Positions 1 through 9,606 of a stretch of DNA of 64,000 nt are shown piece after piece. The stretch's first letter is position 1, and each line of letters opens with the position of its first letter. The position numbers were made by a program, and so were the translations under genes. The notes beneath the pieces were generated by a model. That model was not told the DNA's origin. It ran no database searches and was given only the letters and a program-made list of their open reading frames with translations. The stretch lies in IMG/VR virus record IMGVR_UViG_3300020192_000008, positions 32,001 to 96,000 of that record. The stretch is one strand, 5' to 3'. Origin of the DNA: a virus.

Positions 1-442
1 TGGTCTGGAAGTCTCCCGTGCCCACCGTCTTGACGACGAAGGCAGTCGTACCGAAGACAACCGCCAGAGCTTCAGTCACGCCAGCCAGAGCGAACGCCCT
101 GTTGATCTGCGCGACCATGGAAGCGGGGGTGATGCTCGAGCCCGACAGGGTCACCGTGACATCTGGCCCGTGGTTGATCGACAGCACCAGCGTCAGGCCG
201 TCCAGACCGCCGTAGACGGGGGGCGAACCACCCGCTGCGTCAGCGCTGAACATAGCCGGAAGGCTGATGAGTGAGCTGCTGTTGAGTTGACTGCCGCCCG
301 CCGAAGACGGGACAACAACATCAACGATCTGCCTGCACAGGCCAACGATGCAGGGCACCAGGGTGGGTACCACAATAGTCGGACTCGTGGTCCTGAACTT
401 CTGAGTAACCTCTACCCCAGGGCGTGCGAGTTCTGCCGCCAT
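1..442 (-). CDS. Probable tail sheath protein, N-terminal part (runs off left edge)
   Basis: Not in the ORF track. ATG at 442 is preceded by AAGGAG and the frame is open to the edge (MAAELARPGVEVTQKFRTTSPTIVVPTLVPCIVG...). The PGVxV N-terminus is typical of contractile sheath proteins, and it follows the neck/tail-completion candidates. Confidence 0.6.
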   Translation of the reverse strand, partial: MAAELARPGVEVTQKFRTTSPTIVVPTLVPCIVGLCRQIVDVVVPSSAGGSQLNSSSLISLPAMFSADAAGGSPPVYGGLDGLTLVLSINHGPDVTVTLSGSSITPASMVAQINRAFALAGVTEALAVVFGTTAFVVKTVGTGDFQT

Positions 443-458
443 TGTGGTCTCCTTTTAG

Positions 459-1382
459 TCACACCTTGAACGTACCCGAGACAGAGTCCGACGAAGTCGA
501 TTCTTCCACGGTCTCTTGCTCTATGGGAAGAACACCACCAGTCTTACGAGGCAGAACTAGACGAGAGTTCGGCCTCGCAGGACGTACGGTGAGTGTCTTT
601 GCGGGGTTGCGTGGATCTGGAATCCTGCGCAAACCATCATCGTTAGAAGTACCCCTAAGGGTGGGATAGGTCTCGTTCTGTTGAAACGAGGGGTTGTGTA
701 TCCCAGCCGGGTTGTATTCCTGTTGAACACTTTGTAGAGCAGCCCTTGCCGCTTGATCGAACTGGATGCCGATGTTCTGAAGGATCTGAGCGGCCAGCGG
801 AGCGACCCTTGTCGTGCGCTGAAACTGGAAGGGGCTCTGGACAGAGGTAACGTACCACTCATCCGCTGAATCCCCAGCGACGACAGAGCCAGCAGGAGAA
901 GGAGAAGACACTACAAAGTTTCTTCCTATCTCGAAGAAGCCGCTTTGCATGAGTAGATCTCGGTGCGCCCAGATCATCTCAGCAATGACCCATGCGAGTT
1001 GTTCACTCACCAGGTCAACGCGAGAACAACAGTTGATGCTCATCGTGCCAGGCACGAGGATCGTCTTCGTCTTCGCACCAGTGTTGAACTGGTACGAGAG
1101 CATGTCGTCGATCCCGAAGTTGTACGACTGCACGGGACCACGAGTGAAGTTGATGGCGGGGCGTGAGCCGATGCGCCTGAGATGGATCGGGTTCTCGTCT
1201 GTGATGACGACCTCGGTCCTCTCTTCATCCTCGTCCCAGTGATAGCCGCTGCCAACCGGAGCAGCCTTGAACAGCCCCTGAACGAACGCTGCGTACAACG
1301 TGCGTACATGCTGAAGGGGCGTGTACTTGAAGGTGCTAACCGGAAGTTCATCAACCTCGTTTCCTGGAATCTTCGAGGACAC
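459..1382 (-). CDS. Virion structural protein, probable tail completion/terminator protein
   Basis: 307-aa ORF with GTG start. Lies between neck candidate and sheath; RPAINFTRG motif. Function is inferred from synteny. Confidence 0.45.
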   Translation of the reverse strand: MSSKIPGNEVDELPVSTFKYTPLQHVRTLYAAFVQGLFKAAPVGSGYHWDEDEERTEVVITDENPIHLRRIGSRPAINFTRGPVQSYNFGIDDMLSYQFNTGAKTKTILVPGTMSINCCSRVDLVSEQLAWVIAEMIWAHRDLLMQSGFFEIGRNFVVSSPSPAGSVVAGDSADEWYVTSVQSPFQFQRTTRVAPLAAQILQNIGIQFDQAARAALQSVQQEYNPAGIHNPSFQQNETYPTLRGTSNDDGLRRIPDPRNPAKTLTVRPARPNSRLVLPRKTGGVLPIEQETVEESTSSDSVSGTFKV

Positions 1383-1689
1383 GTCTCATCTCCTCCGACT
1401 GCCGAGCCTGGTGCAGAGCGTACGCTAGTCCGCTCGCACCACCCAGCAGGGGGGCTGCGACCGACAAGTACTTCTTCGGGATGCCAGGGGTTTTGGTGAT
1501 GTGCCCGTACAGCTTATCAGCCAGATGTGCGCCTCCTGCACCGGCCAACGTACCGACAGCCATGCCCCCAAGACCCGCCCCAGCGACCTCCAGGTTCTTA
1601 CGCATGGGGGACTTCTCCTCCACGCCGGCGATCTTGAGCAAGGACTCTCCGTGTACTGGGAGGTAGTCGAGAAGAAAGGGCAGGCTCAT
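1351..1689 (-). CDS. Small glycine-zipper virion protein
   Basis: 112 aa, with LLKIAG (KxA motif) and two Gly/Ala-rich hydrophobic segments. Confidence 0.6.
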   Translation of the reverse strand: MSLPFLLDYLPVHGESLLKIAGVEEKSPMRKNLEVAGAGLGGMAVGTLAGAGGAHLADKLYGHITKTPGIPKKYLSVAAPLLGGASGLAYALHQARQSEEMRRVLEDSRKRG

Positions 1690-2585
1690 TTGTCTGGGTC
1701 CGTGTACGTGGTGGGGTACAGGGAGAAGATACCGGGGATCTCTTCTCGCTCGAACGTCTCGAGGTTCATCGGGTTGGTGAAGTTCCTAGAGGGGCTAAGC
1801 GCCAGGTCCTTCAGCTCTTCCTGCAGGTTGATCGGGAAGGCGTACTCCACGTCTGAGGTGGGGATCTCATGGAGCTGTATCTCGTAGTGAACTGGGCTGC
1901 GGCCATGCTCAGTCTGGTTCACCGAGACCACACGCCACCGCTTGTTCTCCGCCTCGATGACCACATCCCTCGGCTTGAGCGGGCCGAAGTAAGCAACGCG
2001 GGCGTTGTTGTTCTGCTGCTGGGTGGGACCCGTGGCCGAGTTCTGTTCTCCCAGCATATCGTTGGTGTCGATCTGCATCCAGAGCTCGATGGGGCTCAGG
2101 TACCCACGGATGAAGCCCGTGTCGAAGCAGGTACGACAGCCTTGGCAGGTGCGCTTGGCCAGCGTCTTGTTCCACCGGGGGCAGCGCTGACCGAACGTAC
2201 GAACAGGTAGCAGCCACACCCTGCGCCCTGCAAACTCTCGCATCAGCAGCTGGAAGTGACGGCGGAGTTCGAGGGCCATGAGGTCAGCGTCTGGCTGAAC
2301 ATCAACGGGACCGAACTCCTCCGTCTCCTCCGTACTCTTCTTCGTGACGACGATCTTGTACTGGAGCTGGCGAGACGTGTGGAACGAGGGCTTCTGCCGG
2401 TCGAGGAAGAGGTACCTGTCCTCGAACGGAATGCTGATCGCCTCCCAAGGCCCGGCCATCGACTCCGACCTGAGGACTTGCAGGGTGTAGTCGAGGACAT
2501 CTTCAGAAGTGTCTTCGATCTCCCACGAGACCTCGTTGTAGTCGACGTCGAGTGACCGGACCTTGAGTTGGGCGATCTTGAGCAT
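1686..2585 (-). CDS. Probable neck/head-closure protein with Cys cluster
   Basis: 299 aa with an N-terminal Ig/FN3-like beta pattern and C..CxGCxxCFxTGF..GY motif. Located in the head-tail joining region; TGATG-coupled to the upstream gene. Confidence 0.45.
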   Translation of the reverse strand: MLKIAQLKVRSLDVDYNEVSWEIEDTSEDVLDYTLQVLRSESMAGPWEAISIPFEDRYLFLDRQKPSFHTSRQLQYKIVVTKKSTEETEEFGPVDVQPDADLMALELRRHFQLLMREFAGRRVWLLPVRTFGQRCPRWNKTLAKRTCQGCRTCFDTGFIRGYLSPIELWMQIDTNDMLGEQNSATGPTQQQNNNARVAYFGPLKPRDVVIEAENKRWRVVSVNQTEHGRSPVHYEIQLHEIPTSDVEYAFPINLQEELKDLALSPSRNFTNPMNLETFEREEIPGIFSLYPTTYTDPDK

Positions 2586-4177
2586 CAGGCGCTCGCAGCC
2601 TCAGGCTGAGCGTGAATGCCCGTGCGCTTCACGTCCATGAGATGAGACGACAGGTCCTTGTTACTGAAGCCGGCTGCACGACCCGTGTCCTTGATGCGCT
2701 TGTTCACGCCTGCCTTGAGAGCCTCAGCCACGCTCAAGCCAGGGGCCTTCTTCGCAATCCGGCGGGCGTCATGCGCGATGTGCCCGCCCAGGCCGATGGC
2801 ACCACCAGCTGCACCACCAAGCAGGCCGTGACCGATCGCCTTGCCCACGCTGCCATCAGGACCCGACATGCCTTCAGCTGCCCCGCCTGCAGCACCAACA
2901 GCCGCCCCGATGAGGGCCGGCTTGTTCTTCAGCAGACCCTTACCCAAACCACCAGCGACTCCTCGCACAGTGGCCATGTCGAGGGCCATCTTCGCCATGT
3001 CGCTGCGGGCCATCATCCGGCCCATCTGGTCAGCCGATGCGAACTTCTCACGGCTCACCATGTTCAGCGCCATGCTGGCCTTGGCCATCTGCGGAACGCC
3101 GCCCATCATTCCGCCCATCGCCCCGGTCATCGCCTGACGAGCTCGGCCCCACAGGCCCTTTGCTGCGCCGGCGACTGCCTGACCCGCACCCTGCAGCATG
3201 CCTTGCTGAGGAGCTGGGCGTGCAGGTGCTGCGGCCGGTGCAGGAGCACCGCCACCACCGAAGAAGCTTGCTGCTGCGGGGTGAGGTGCCGGTGCCGGAC
3301 CCCCGCCGCCACCGAAGAAGCTCGCAGCCGCAGGGTGGCTAGCCGCCGGAGAAGACGGGGCGTTATGAAGAGCATCAGGACTGCGAGGCTGAGGAGCAGC
3401 CCCCAACCGACCCATGGTGCTGTCCATCTGCTTGGTGTAGTGGCTGTCTATCTTCGCTTGAAACTGCTGAGGGGAGACGTTGAAGACCGACTTGGCGTGG
3501 TCGAGCGCACTGTTGGCGGGTTGGAAGGGAGCTGTCCGTGATGCCGGAGCTGCCGCGGCTGCAGCAGGAGCTGCTGCCGGAGCTGCCTTTGCAACGCCCC
3601 TACCCGTAAAGCCTCCGCGACCCCCCATGCCGCCTACGCGGCTACCGAAGCTGGCTCCACCGAAACCGAAGGAGACCTTGTCCATCCCTGCAAGGATGTG
3701 GGCGATCTTCGGGTTGGCAGACATGCCTGGGTCACCGGCCGGAGGGGGCGGGGGCGGAGCACCCTGGTCTGGCGGCGGAGGCCCGCCGGGATCTTCACCG
3801 CCTTCACCACCACCCGACTCCATCTCCATGAGCTTGAGATCGAGCATCTTCTTCTGGAGACGAAGGCTGTCCATCGTCTTCCAGTGAGACTGAGTGTCTT
3901 CCATCTGCCTCTTCTGCAGGTCAGCCACGTCCGCCTCGAGCTCCTGACGCTCGAGCGCAATGGCCTCCTCGAAGAGAGGCGTGTCCTTGAACTTCTCGAT
4001 CCACTCGTGGCTGCCACTACCAGAGTCGCAGTTGAGCATCGACGAGAGCTTCAGCTGCCCTGAAGCGATCTTCTCGAGGGTGCCCACTGGGAGCCGCTTG
4101 ATGAGCGAGACGATCTGCTCGTCCTGCCCGGCCTGCATGCTTTGGTCGTATGCGACCTTCAGGAACTCGTTCAGCAT
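2585..4177 (-). CDS. Putative internal head protein (KxA motifs, low complexity, glycine zippers)
   Basis: 530 aa with LKVAY, EKIAS, EKFAS and AKMAL motifs, Pro/Gly-rich linkers and a C-terminal GAAVGAAGG zipper. Confidence 0.65.
   Translation of the reverse strand: MLNEFLKVAYDQSMQAGQDEQIVSLIKRLPVGTLEKIASGQLKLSSMLNCDSGSGSHEWIEKFKDTPLFEEAIALERQELEADVADLQKRQMEDTQSHWKTMDSLRLQKKMLDLKLMEMESGGGEGGEDPGGPPPPDQGAPPPPPPAGDPGMSANPKIAHILAGMDKVSFGFGGASFGSRVGGMGGRGGFTGRGVAKAAPAAAPAAAAAAPASRTAPFQPANSALDHAKSVFNVSPQQFQAKIDSHYTKQMDSTMGRLGAAPQPRSPDALHNAPSSPAASHPAAASFFGGGGGPAPAPHPAAASFFGGGGAPAPAAAPARPAPQQGMLQGAGQAVAGAAKGLWGRARQAMTGAMGGMMGGVPQMAKASMALNMVSREKFASADQMGRMMARSDMAKMALDMATVRGVAGGLGKGLLKNKPALIGAAVGAAGGAAEGMSGPDGSVGKAIGHGLLGGAAGGAIGLGGHIAHDARRIAKKAPGLSVAEALKAGVNKRIKDTGRAAGFSNKDLSSHLMDVKRTGIHAQPEAASA
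3233..3337 (-). repeat. Imperfect 54-nt tandem duplication encoding HPAAASFFGGGG(G/A)PAPA twice
   Basis: His codons at 3335-3337 and 3281-3283. The protein repeat is conserved with synonymous differences. Confidence 0.8.
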
Positions 4178-4184
4178 CTCGCCC

Positions 4185-5696
4185 TCACTTCTTTCCGCGA
4201 CCCAGGATGTTCATGACGTCTTTGCCGAAGTGACCTCCGGCAGCCCCACTAACCGCGCCCATTCCAGCACCAATGGCCGTCGAAGCACCAGGGTGCTGCT
4301 TCGAGAAGTCCGCCATCCCAAGCCTCGCCTTTGACTGGGCAAGACTCAGAGACTCGGCAAACGACCGACTATCACCCTTGCTTTCGAGACCTTTGACCTT
4401 GTTCTTCAGGTCATCACCACCGCTGAACTGCTGGGCGTAACCAAGCCCACCACCGGCAAGAGCACCCAAGGCACCCCCAAGCAACTGCTCCTTCGAGACG
4501 CTGCCCATCTTCTGCTCACCACCTGGGGGAGCTGCTGGAGGAGGCGCTGCGGGGGGCTGACCTTGAGAAGCATCCTGTGGCGGTGCTTCTGCAGGAGGTG
4601 CCGCCGCCGGCGGAGCCCCACCAGGTGGCGCACCTTCAGGGGGTGGCCCACCTTGCGATGGGTTCTGAGGAGGCTGCGCTGCTGCATCCGCCGGGGCTTG
4701 CTGGTCCTGAGCCCCTGACTCCACGCCAGCTTCCTGGGTCGTGGCTGGAGGGGGAGGCTGCTGAGCCAGCTGCATGAGCGACTGCCGCATGGCCTGCATC
4801 GAGTCACGCATCTGGGCGGTGAGGCCCTGCTGCTGAATGAGCTCGTTGGAAGAAGCGAGTGTGCGCTGCATGGCCGACGTAGCAGCGGCCTGCGCTGCTT
4901 GAGCCGACTGCATGGCCTGCTGCTGAACCTGCTGAGCCTGCTGCATGCTGCTGTCGACGGTCTGCTGCAGCTGCTGGCTCTGCTGCGTCACCTGGTCGAG
5001 CTGCTGCTGCATGCCTTGGATCTGCTGGTCCTTGGACTGAGCTTCCTGCGAGGCCTGCTGGAACTTCTCCTTGTAGAACTCGCTTTGAGCCTGCTCAGCC
5101 CCGTCCGAACCAGCCTGCTCAGCAGCGAGGTACTGGCTGATGTCGCCCTGGGCACCGCCGGTGAGCTCGTCGAAGGCGCGCTTGAGCATCGCCGACGCCT
5201 TCTCGTGGTTCTTCTTGTAGGCGTAGGCATCTGCTTCACCGCCCACGTCCTTGCCGGCCTTACCACCAAGGTGCTGACCAAGAGCCGCTGCGGCTACCGT
5301 CGACAGGGCTCCGCCCTTGCCATGCTTGTGAGCTGCGTAGCCAGCACCGGCGCCCCCACCCAGACGACCCACCATCTCGAGCGCACGTTCGGCCCGAGTG
5401 TGGTCGTGGTGCTCGAACTTGGCCGCAAGAGAAGCCGTAGCCCGGCGCTTGCCAGTCTCGTACTCCTCATCTGAGGCGAGCTTGGTTCCGAGCTGCGTGG
5501 TGTAGTCGACACCCTCAGGGGTGTACGTCTTGGCCGGCAGACCGTTGAGCATCTGCAGCATGCGCTCGGAGTGGTAGCCCTCTGTGCCAGGCAGAACCTT
5601 CTCTGCGTAGGCAGGGGCTGCCTGCTTGACCATCAAGAAGTAAGCGGCTGCTTCTTCGAGAGGCAGTCCTTTGGAGAACATGTCGTCGAAGGTCAT
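4185..5696 (-). CDS. Putative internal head protein (Gln-rich coiled coil, glycine zippers, KxA motifs)
   Basis: 503 aa with VKQAA, TKLAS, EKASA and LKRAF motifs and a long Q-rich helix. Confidence 0.65.
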   Translation of the reverse strand: MTFDDMFSKGLPLEEAAAYFLMVKQAAPAYAEKVLPGTEGYHSERMLQMLNGLPAKTYTPEGVDYTTQLGTKLASDEEYETGKRRATASLAAKFEHHDHTRAERALEMVGRLGGGAGAGYAAHKHGKGGALSTVAAAALGQHLGGKAGKDVGGEADAYAYKKNHEKASAMLKRAFDELTGGAQGDISQYLAAEQAGSDGAEQAQSEFYKEKFQQASQEAQSKDQQIQGMQQQLDQVTQQSQQLQQTVDSSMQQAQQVQQQAMQSAQAAQAAATSAMQRTLASSNELIQQQGLTAQMRDSMQAMRQSLMQLAQQPPPPATTQEAGVESGAQDQQAPADAAAQPPQNPSQGGPPPEGAPPGGAPPAAAPPAEAPPQDASQGQPPAAPPPAAPPGGEQKMGSVSKEQLLGGALGALAGGGLGYAQQFSGGDDLKNKVKGLESKGDSRSFAESLSLAQSKARLGMADFSKQHPGASTAIGAGMGAVSGAAGGHFGKDVMNILGRGKK

Positions 5697-5699
5697 CGA

Positions 5700-6164
5700 T
5701 CACTCCTGGCAGATGGCCACGTGGGCGTTGTCGGGGGTCGTGTAAGCCTGCACCAGGAAGGGGGCAGCAGGAGCCACATAGGCGTTGCCGTAGACCAGCC
5801 CCACCACATGCCCATCTGCTGCACCATCGAAGCCGAGGTAGGCGCGAGCTGGTTCAGCTACAGCTGACCCGATGTCGACCCCGTTGGTAGGAACCGCCTC
5901 CCTGATGACCAGACGTCCATGGATGAGAGAGACATTCAGGCCAGCAACAGCCGCTTCGATCTGCGCTTTGATCTCCCCAAAGGGAAGAATGCTGTCGCCG
6001 CTGGTGCTTGGAAGGAAGGTCACCGAGCCGGCGGGGGTCGTGAAGGTGGCCGTCAGGCCAACGAGCCCGGCCAGGCCAGCGCTGCCGACCTGGGCTCCAA
6101 CGATGGCGCCGTTCAGGTGCAGCTCCATCTCGGCGATCGACTGGAACTTGTAGATCTTCAGCAT
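5700..6164 (-). CDS. Hypothetical virion protein
   Basis: 154 aa with GAGG RBS, in the structural operon. Confidence 0.6.
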   Translation of the reverse strand: MLKIYKFQSIAEMELHLNGAIVGAQVGSAGLAGLVGLTATFTTPAGSVTFLPSTSGDSILPFGEIKAQIEAAVAGLNVSLIHGRLVIREAVPTNGVDIGSAVAEPARAYLGFDGAADGHVVGLVYGNAYVAPAAPFLVQAYTTPDNAHVAICQE

Positions 6165-6173
6165 GGCTTGTCC

Positions 6174-6686
6174 TCAGTAACCAAAGCTCGCGTAGCTCTG
6201 GTTCGTTGACCAGTACTCAGAGTGAACGCCAGAATAGGCCGAGTTGAACATGGCACCAATGTTCATGGCCACCTTGACCTTCAGCTTCATCTGCTCTGTC
6301 GTAGACTGGAACTTCTGCAACCATCCCATCAGTTGAGGCGTCTTGTCGTTGACCCCGACGGTGATGTTGCCGTTCGTGTAGTTGATCTGGTTGCGAGTCT
6401 GCAGAAGACCCACGCTCTCGATGAGAGAGCAGCAGGTCATGCGCAGAAGAAGGGCCTGCTGGTTCATCCCCAGCATCCCTTCCAAGGAAGTGGTTCCCAG
6501 GAAGGGGGGCGTGCCATTGAAGTCACTGAGGGCATCGAGAATGGCCCAGGCAATCTGCCTGTCTGTGTTCTCGACACCCGCTGTGAGCCGATTGAGCTCA
6601 GGGAAGTCTCGAAGGTAGTTGCGGGTCATCTGAATGAAGGCCCGCGACATCGCACTCATCCCCGGGATGCCCTGAAGCGTCTCCAT
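6174..6686 (-). CDS. Probable head-tail adaptor (neck 1) protein
   Basis: 170-aa helical protein (ALSDFNGTPP) downstream of the capsid gene. Function is inferred from synteny. Confidence 0.45.
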   Translation of the reverse strand: METLQGIPGMSAMSRAFIQMTRNYLRDFPELNRLTAGVENTDRQIAWAILDALSDFNGTPPFLGTTSLEGMLGMNQQALLLRMTCCSLIESVGLLQTRNQINYTNGNITVGVNDKTPQLMGWLQKFQSTTEQMKLKVKVAMNIGAMFNSAYSGVHSEYWSTNQSYASFGY

Positions 6687-6687
6687 G

Positions 6688-6921
6688 TCAGCCCCTCTTC
6701 TTCTGTTCCTTCTTCACCACGTAGCTCGGTGGAAGGACGTTGACCGAGGCCATGCCGTCCTTCACGTACCCACGAAGAGCTCTTCGGACCTGGTCGGAGT
6801 CCTGCACCTCACAGCCCTCCCCTGGGTTGATGACCCAGCGGTGAACGATGATGGGCTGGTTCGACAGGCCTCGCTCCTTGAGCGCGGGCGTCTCGACGTC
6901 CGTCAGGTTGAAGATCTTCAC
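6688..6921 (-). CDS. Hypothetical protein
   Basis: 77 aa, GTGA-coupled to the upstream gene. Confidence 0.6.
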   Translation of the reverse strand: MKIFNLTDVETPALKERGLSNQPIIVHRWVINPGEGCEVQDSDQVRRALRGYVKDGMASVNVLPPSYVVKKEQKKRG

Positions 6922-7397
6922 CGGTTCTTCTTACCCTGGTGATGCTTGGGCAGGTCGTTCGTCGTCCTCTCGGACGGGAAGTCGATGGGAACGTCGATCG
7001 CAGCATCCGGAGGAGCCACGGGCATCGAGAAGTCGAAGGGTACCGGCTCGTCTTGGAGCAGAGGGCCCTTGAGCGTGGGCAGAACAGGATCGTTCTGGAC
7101 GCAGTCGACCTTCATGTCGGGAGCCTTGGGCTCGACAGAAGGGCTGGCTTCGAGTGTCTCGACATCGAAGGGGCGAAGGTCGAGGGTCGTGACCTCGAGT
7201 GTCCCACTCTTCACGCCGGCGCGGATCTCCTCGAGGTGAGTGAGAAGCATCTCCTCGTTGAGCTTCAGCGGCCTGCCACGGATGAGCCGGTGGTTGGCGT
7301 TGAGGACGTAGATACAGAGACCCTGGTGGGAGGCACGCGCTGCCCGGAGGTTGCGGTTAGCAATCGACCTGGAAGCATTATGCAGAAGTAGATCCAT
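6918..7397 (-). CDS. Hypothetical protein
   Basis: Start moved to ATG 7397 (MDLLLHN), which has an AGGAG RBS. The track's longer start lies inside the terminator hairpin. Confidence 0.65.
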   Translation of the reverse strand: MDLLLHNASRSIANRNLRAARASHQGLCIYVLNANHRLIRGRPLKLNEEMLLTHLEEIRAGVKSGTLEVTTLDLRPFDVETLEASPSVEPKAPDMKVDCVQNDPVLPTLKGPLLQDEPVPFDFSMPVAPPDAAIDVPIDFPSERTTNDLPKHHQGKKNR

Positions 7398-7411
7398 GAG
7401 TTTTGTCTCCT

Positions 7412-7453
7412 GAAAGCCAAAGGGCGCCGGCACCACCCGGCACCGGCGCCCTT
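7412..7453 (-). terminator. Intrinsic terminator after major capsid gene
   Basis: Inverted repeat AAGGGCGCCGG (7420-7430)/CCGGCGCCCTT (7443-7453), followed on the minus strand by TGGCTTTC. Confidence 0.65.
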
Positions 7454-7481
7454 CGTCCTGGCTAGGACCAGCCTACCAGAC

Positions 7482-8603
7482 TCAGTAGGTCGTGATCTGC
7501 GGGAACCGCAGGCCCTGCTCGACCTTGTTGTTCACGGCGCCGATCGCATCCTCGGAGACCGGGATGAAGTTCTGCAGCAGCGAGTTGCTGTCCGTCACGG
7601 GGTTCGCATCGCCCGAGTACAGCTCGAGCTTGCGGACGGCCGCGATGTTGATCACGCCCATGCCGATGTCTTCCCAGGCCTGGAACGTGATGACGTTCGC
7701 GATCTTGTCGATGTAGAACTTCGTGTTGTTCAACACGTAGAACTTCCCGAAGAACTCAGGCTTGGTGAAGCAGTAGATGTTGCCCGGACGGAGGATGTCC
7801 GTCTTGATCGTGCGGATGTACGCACGGCCGAGCAGCGTGTTGTACTTGTAGCCATCGACCGTGGTCTCCGACTGCAGACGATCGCCGAAGTCCTCGACCG
7901 TCCACTGCAGGAGATCGTCCCAGTCGGTCTCCGTCATCAGCAGACGCTCAGCCCGCAGGCGGTTGCCGTCGAGCATCTTGAACAGGTTCACGATGTCGGG
8001 GCGCTGCACGGGGCGAACCACCGCGTTGTTGGCACCAGCCGTACGCGCGAGCTCACCCTTGCGGATCGAGAACTCGGCAACGGTGCCAGCGTTCGTGCTG
8101 GTGTAGTTGAGGGCAGTGGGGGTACCACCGTTGGCCTCGGTCTGAAGCGCTTGGCAAGCCGCCTCGATGTGGATCGTGAACTCGCGGTCCTCGATCTCCT
8201 GGATGTCCTTCACCGAGTTCTCCTCGATGATCTTCGTGATCGGCATCTCGTAGGCGAGCAGCTCCTGCTCGGTCTTCTGGAAGACCTCCGAGGCGATCGT
8301 GAAGAAGGCAATCTCTGCCTTCGGACCACGGATGAACCGTGCCGTGGGCTGGCCACGGAAGCTGATGCTCATGGCACGCGAGCGGGGCTCGACGTCCACG
8401 ATCTTCACCAGGGTGTCATGGTTGACGGACCGCTGACAGTCCGTGCGGGTGACCTGCTCCGGCGGCAGAACCTTGCGGGCGTAGCTGACTTCGCGCAGAC
8501 GGTCACGGATGTACGAACCGCCGTACTCCGCCACCTTCTCGCGACCTTCAGCCGACCCGAGCTTCGCCGTGAAGAGCTCATTCAGAACTCGTGCGGGGAC
8601 CAT
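7482..8603 (-). CDS. Major capsid protein (HK97-fold, probable)
   Basis: 373 aa with strong AAGGAG RBS and highly biased codons, followed by a terminator. Gene order is protease, scaffold, decoration, MCP. EKVAE near the N-terminus is a possible cleavage site. Confidence 0.8.
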   Translation of the reverse strand: MVPARVLNELFTAKLGSAEGREKVAEYGGSYIRDRLREVSYARKVLPPEQVTRTDCQRSVNHDTLVKIVDVEPRSRAMSISFRGQPTARFIRGPKAEIAFFTIASEVFQKTEQELLAYEMPITKIIEENSVKDIQEIEDREFTIHIEAACQALQTEANGGTPTALNYTSTNAGTVAEFSIRKGELARTAGANNAVVRPVQRPDIVNLFKMLDGNRLRAERLLMTETDWDDLLQWTVEDFGDRLQSETTVDGYKYNTLLGRAYIRTIKTDILRPGNIYCFTKPEFFGKFYVLNNTKFYIDKIANVITFQAWEDIGMGVINIAAVRKLELYSGDANPVTDSNSLLQNFIPVSEDAIGAVNNKVEQGLRFPQITTY

Positions 8604-8636
8604 ATTAGTTCTCCTTGTCCTTCTTCTTCTGGCAGC

Positions 8637-9194
8637 TCAGGTCGTGCCGTTACGGACGGCCCAACCCTGCATGAAACGCAGCTGACCGCTCGAGGGCAGC
8701 TTGGTGACGTATCCGACGACCGGGCCGTTGCTCGCGTAGCTCGAGCCGACGAGGCCCGAGAACTTGCGCGTGCCGCCCTCGGCCAGAGCGAGCGTGATGG
8801 TGCACACGCGCAGCGGCTGGAACAGCGTGGTGATGGCAGCGCCACCAGCCGCGCTCGACGCATCGTAGATGCGGGTGTTCCACTCGTACTGACCGAGCAT
8901 CAGCACGGGAACCTTCTTCTCGGCCGACGCCTGGATGTCGTACCGACCACGCTCAGCCCACAGGGGCATCGCGATGACAGTGGCCAGGGCGTCAGCAACG
9001 GTGACGTCGGTGGCGCGCTTGGCCTTGCCCTGCGAAGTACCCGGAGTCGAGTCGAGTGTGAGCCATTCGCCGTCGACAAGGCAAAGGGCGTTCATGGGGT
9101 TGACCAGCGTCGCATCAGCGAGCATCCAGTCACGACGGTGAGCCAGGTTGACGTCAGTCACAGGCTCGAAGTTGACCCTCTGGACAGTGGACAT
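8637..9194 (-). CDS. Probable capsid decoration/cement protein
   Basis: 185 aa, beta-rich, immediately upstream of MCP, with AGGAGA RBS. Confidence 0.5.
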   Translation of the reverse strand: MSTVQRVNFEPVTDVNLAHRRDWMLADATLVNPMNALCLVDGEWLTLDSTPGTSQGKAKRATDVTVADALATVIAMPLWAERGRYDIQASAEKKVPVLMLGQYEWNTRIYDASSAAGGAAITTLFQPLRVCTITLALAEGGTRKFSGLVGSSYASNGPVVGYVTKLPSSGQLRFMQGWAVRNGTT

Positions 9195-9232
9195 AGTATC
9201 TCTCCTGTTGAACTAGGCTTGGCTTCGAGCCG

Positions 9233-9604
9233 TAAGCCGATGGTTCCGTGAAGGAACCGAATGAAGTCGGACGCCCCTTCGGGCGCCTGCGTGTCGTTGT
9301 TACCGCCGACCAGATGGCCGATCTTCTCGCCCATGTTCGGGCCCACGAGATCAACCGCCGCAGCGATCTTCTCGAGCTTGCCCTCCTCGGCCGCCTTCTC
9401 CATCTGGGCGACTAGGCTCTCGTAGGGGACATCCGACTGGATGCCCTTCTCGTGCATCGCCGAAGCGACCTTCTCGGCCTCTTCGTGACGCATGCGGGCC
9501 TGGGCTTCCTTCTTCCAGAAGTCCCTTTCCCCGGCGAGTTGGGTGATCGCGGAAGCGCTCTTGGTGAGGAGGTCCTGGACCTGCGCGCTGCTCAGCTTGT
9601 TCAT
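9233..9604 (-). CDS. Small helical scaffold-like protein; ends at TTA (9233-9235)
   Basis: ATG 9604 with GGGGAG RBS; EKVAS, EKAAE and EKIAA motifs. In-frame TTA follows ...FLHGTIG. Reading it as Leu runs through the next gene's RBS and start. Confidence 0.65.
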
Positions 9605-9606
9605 GT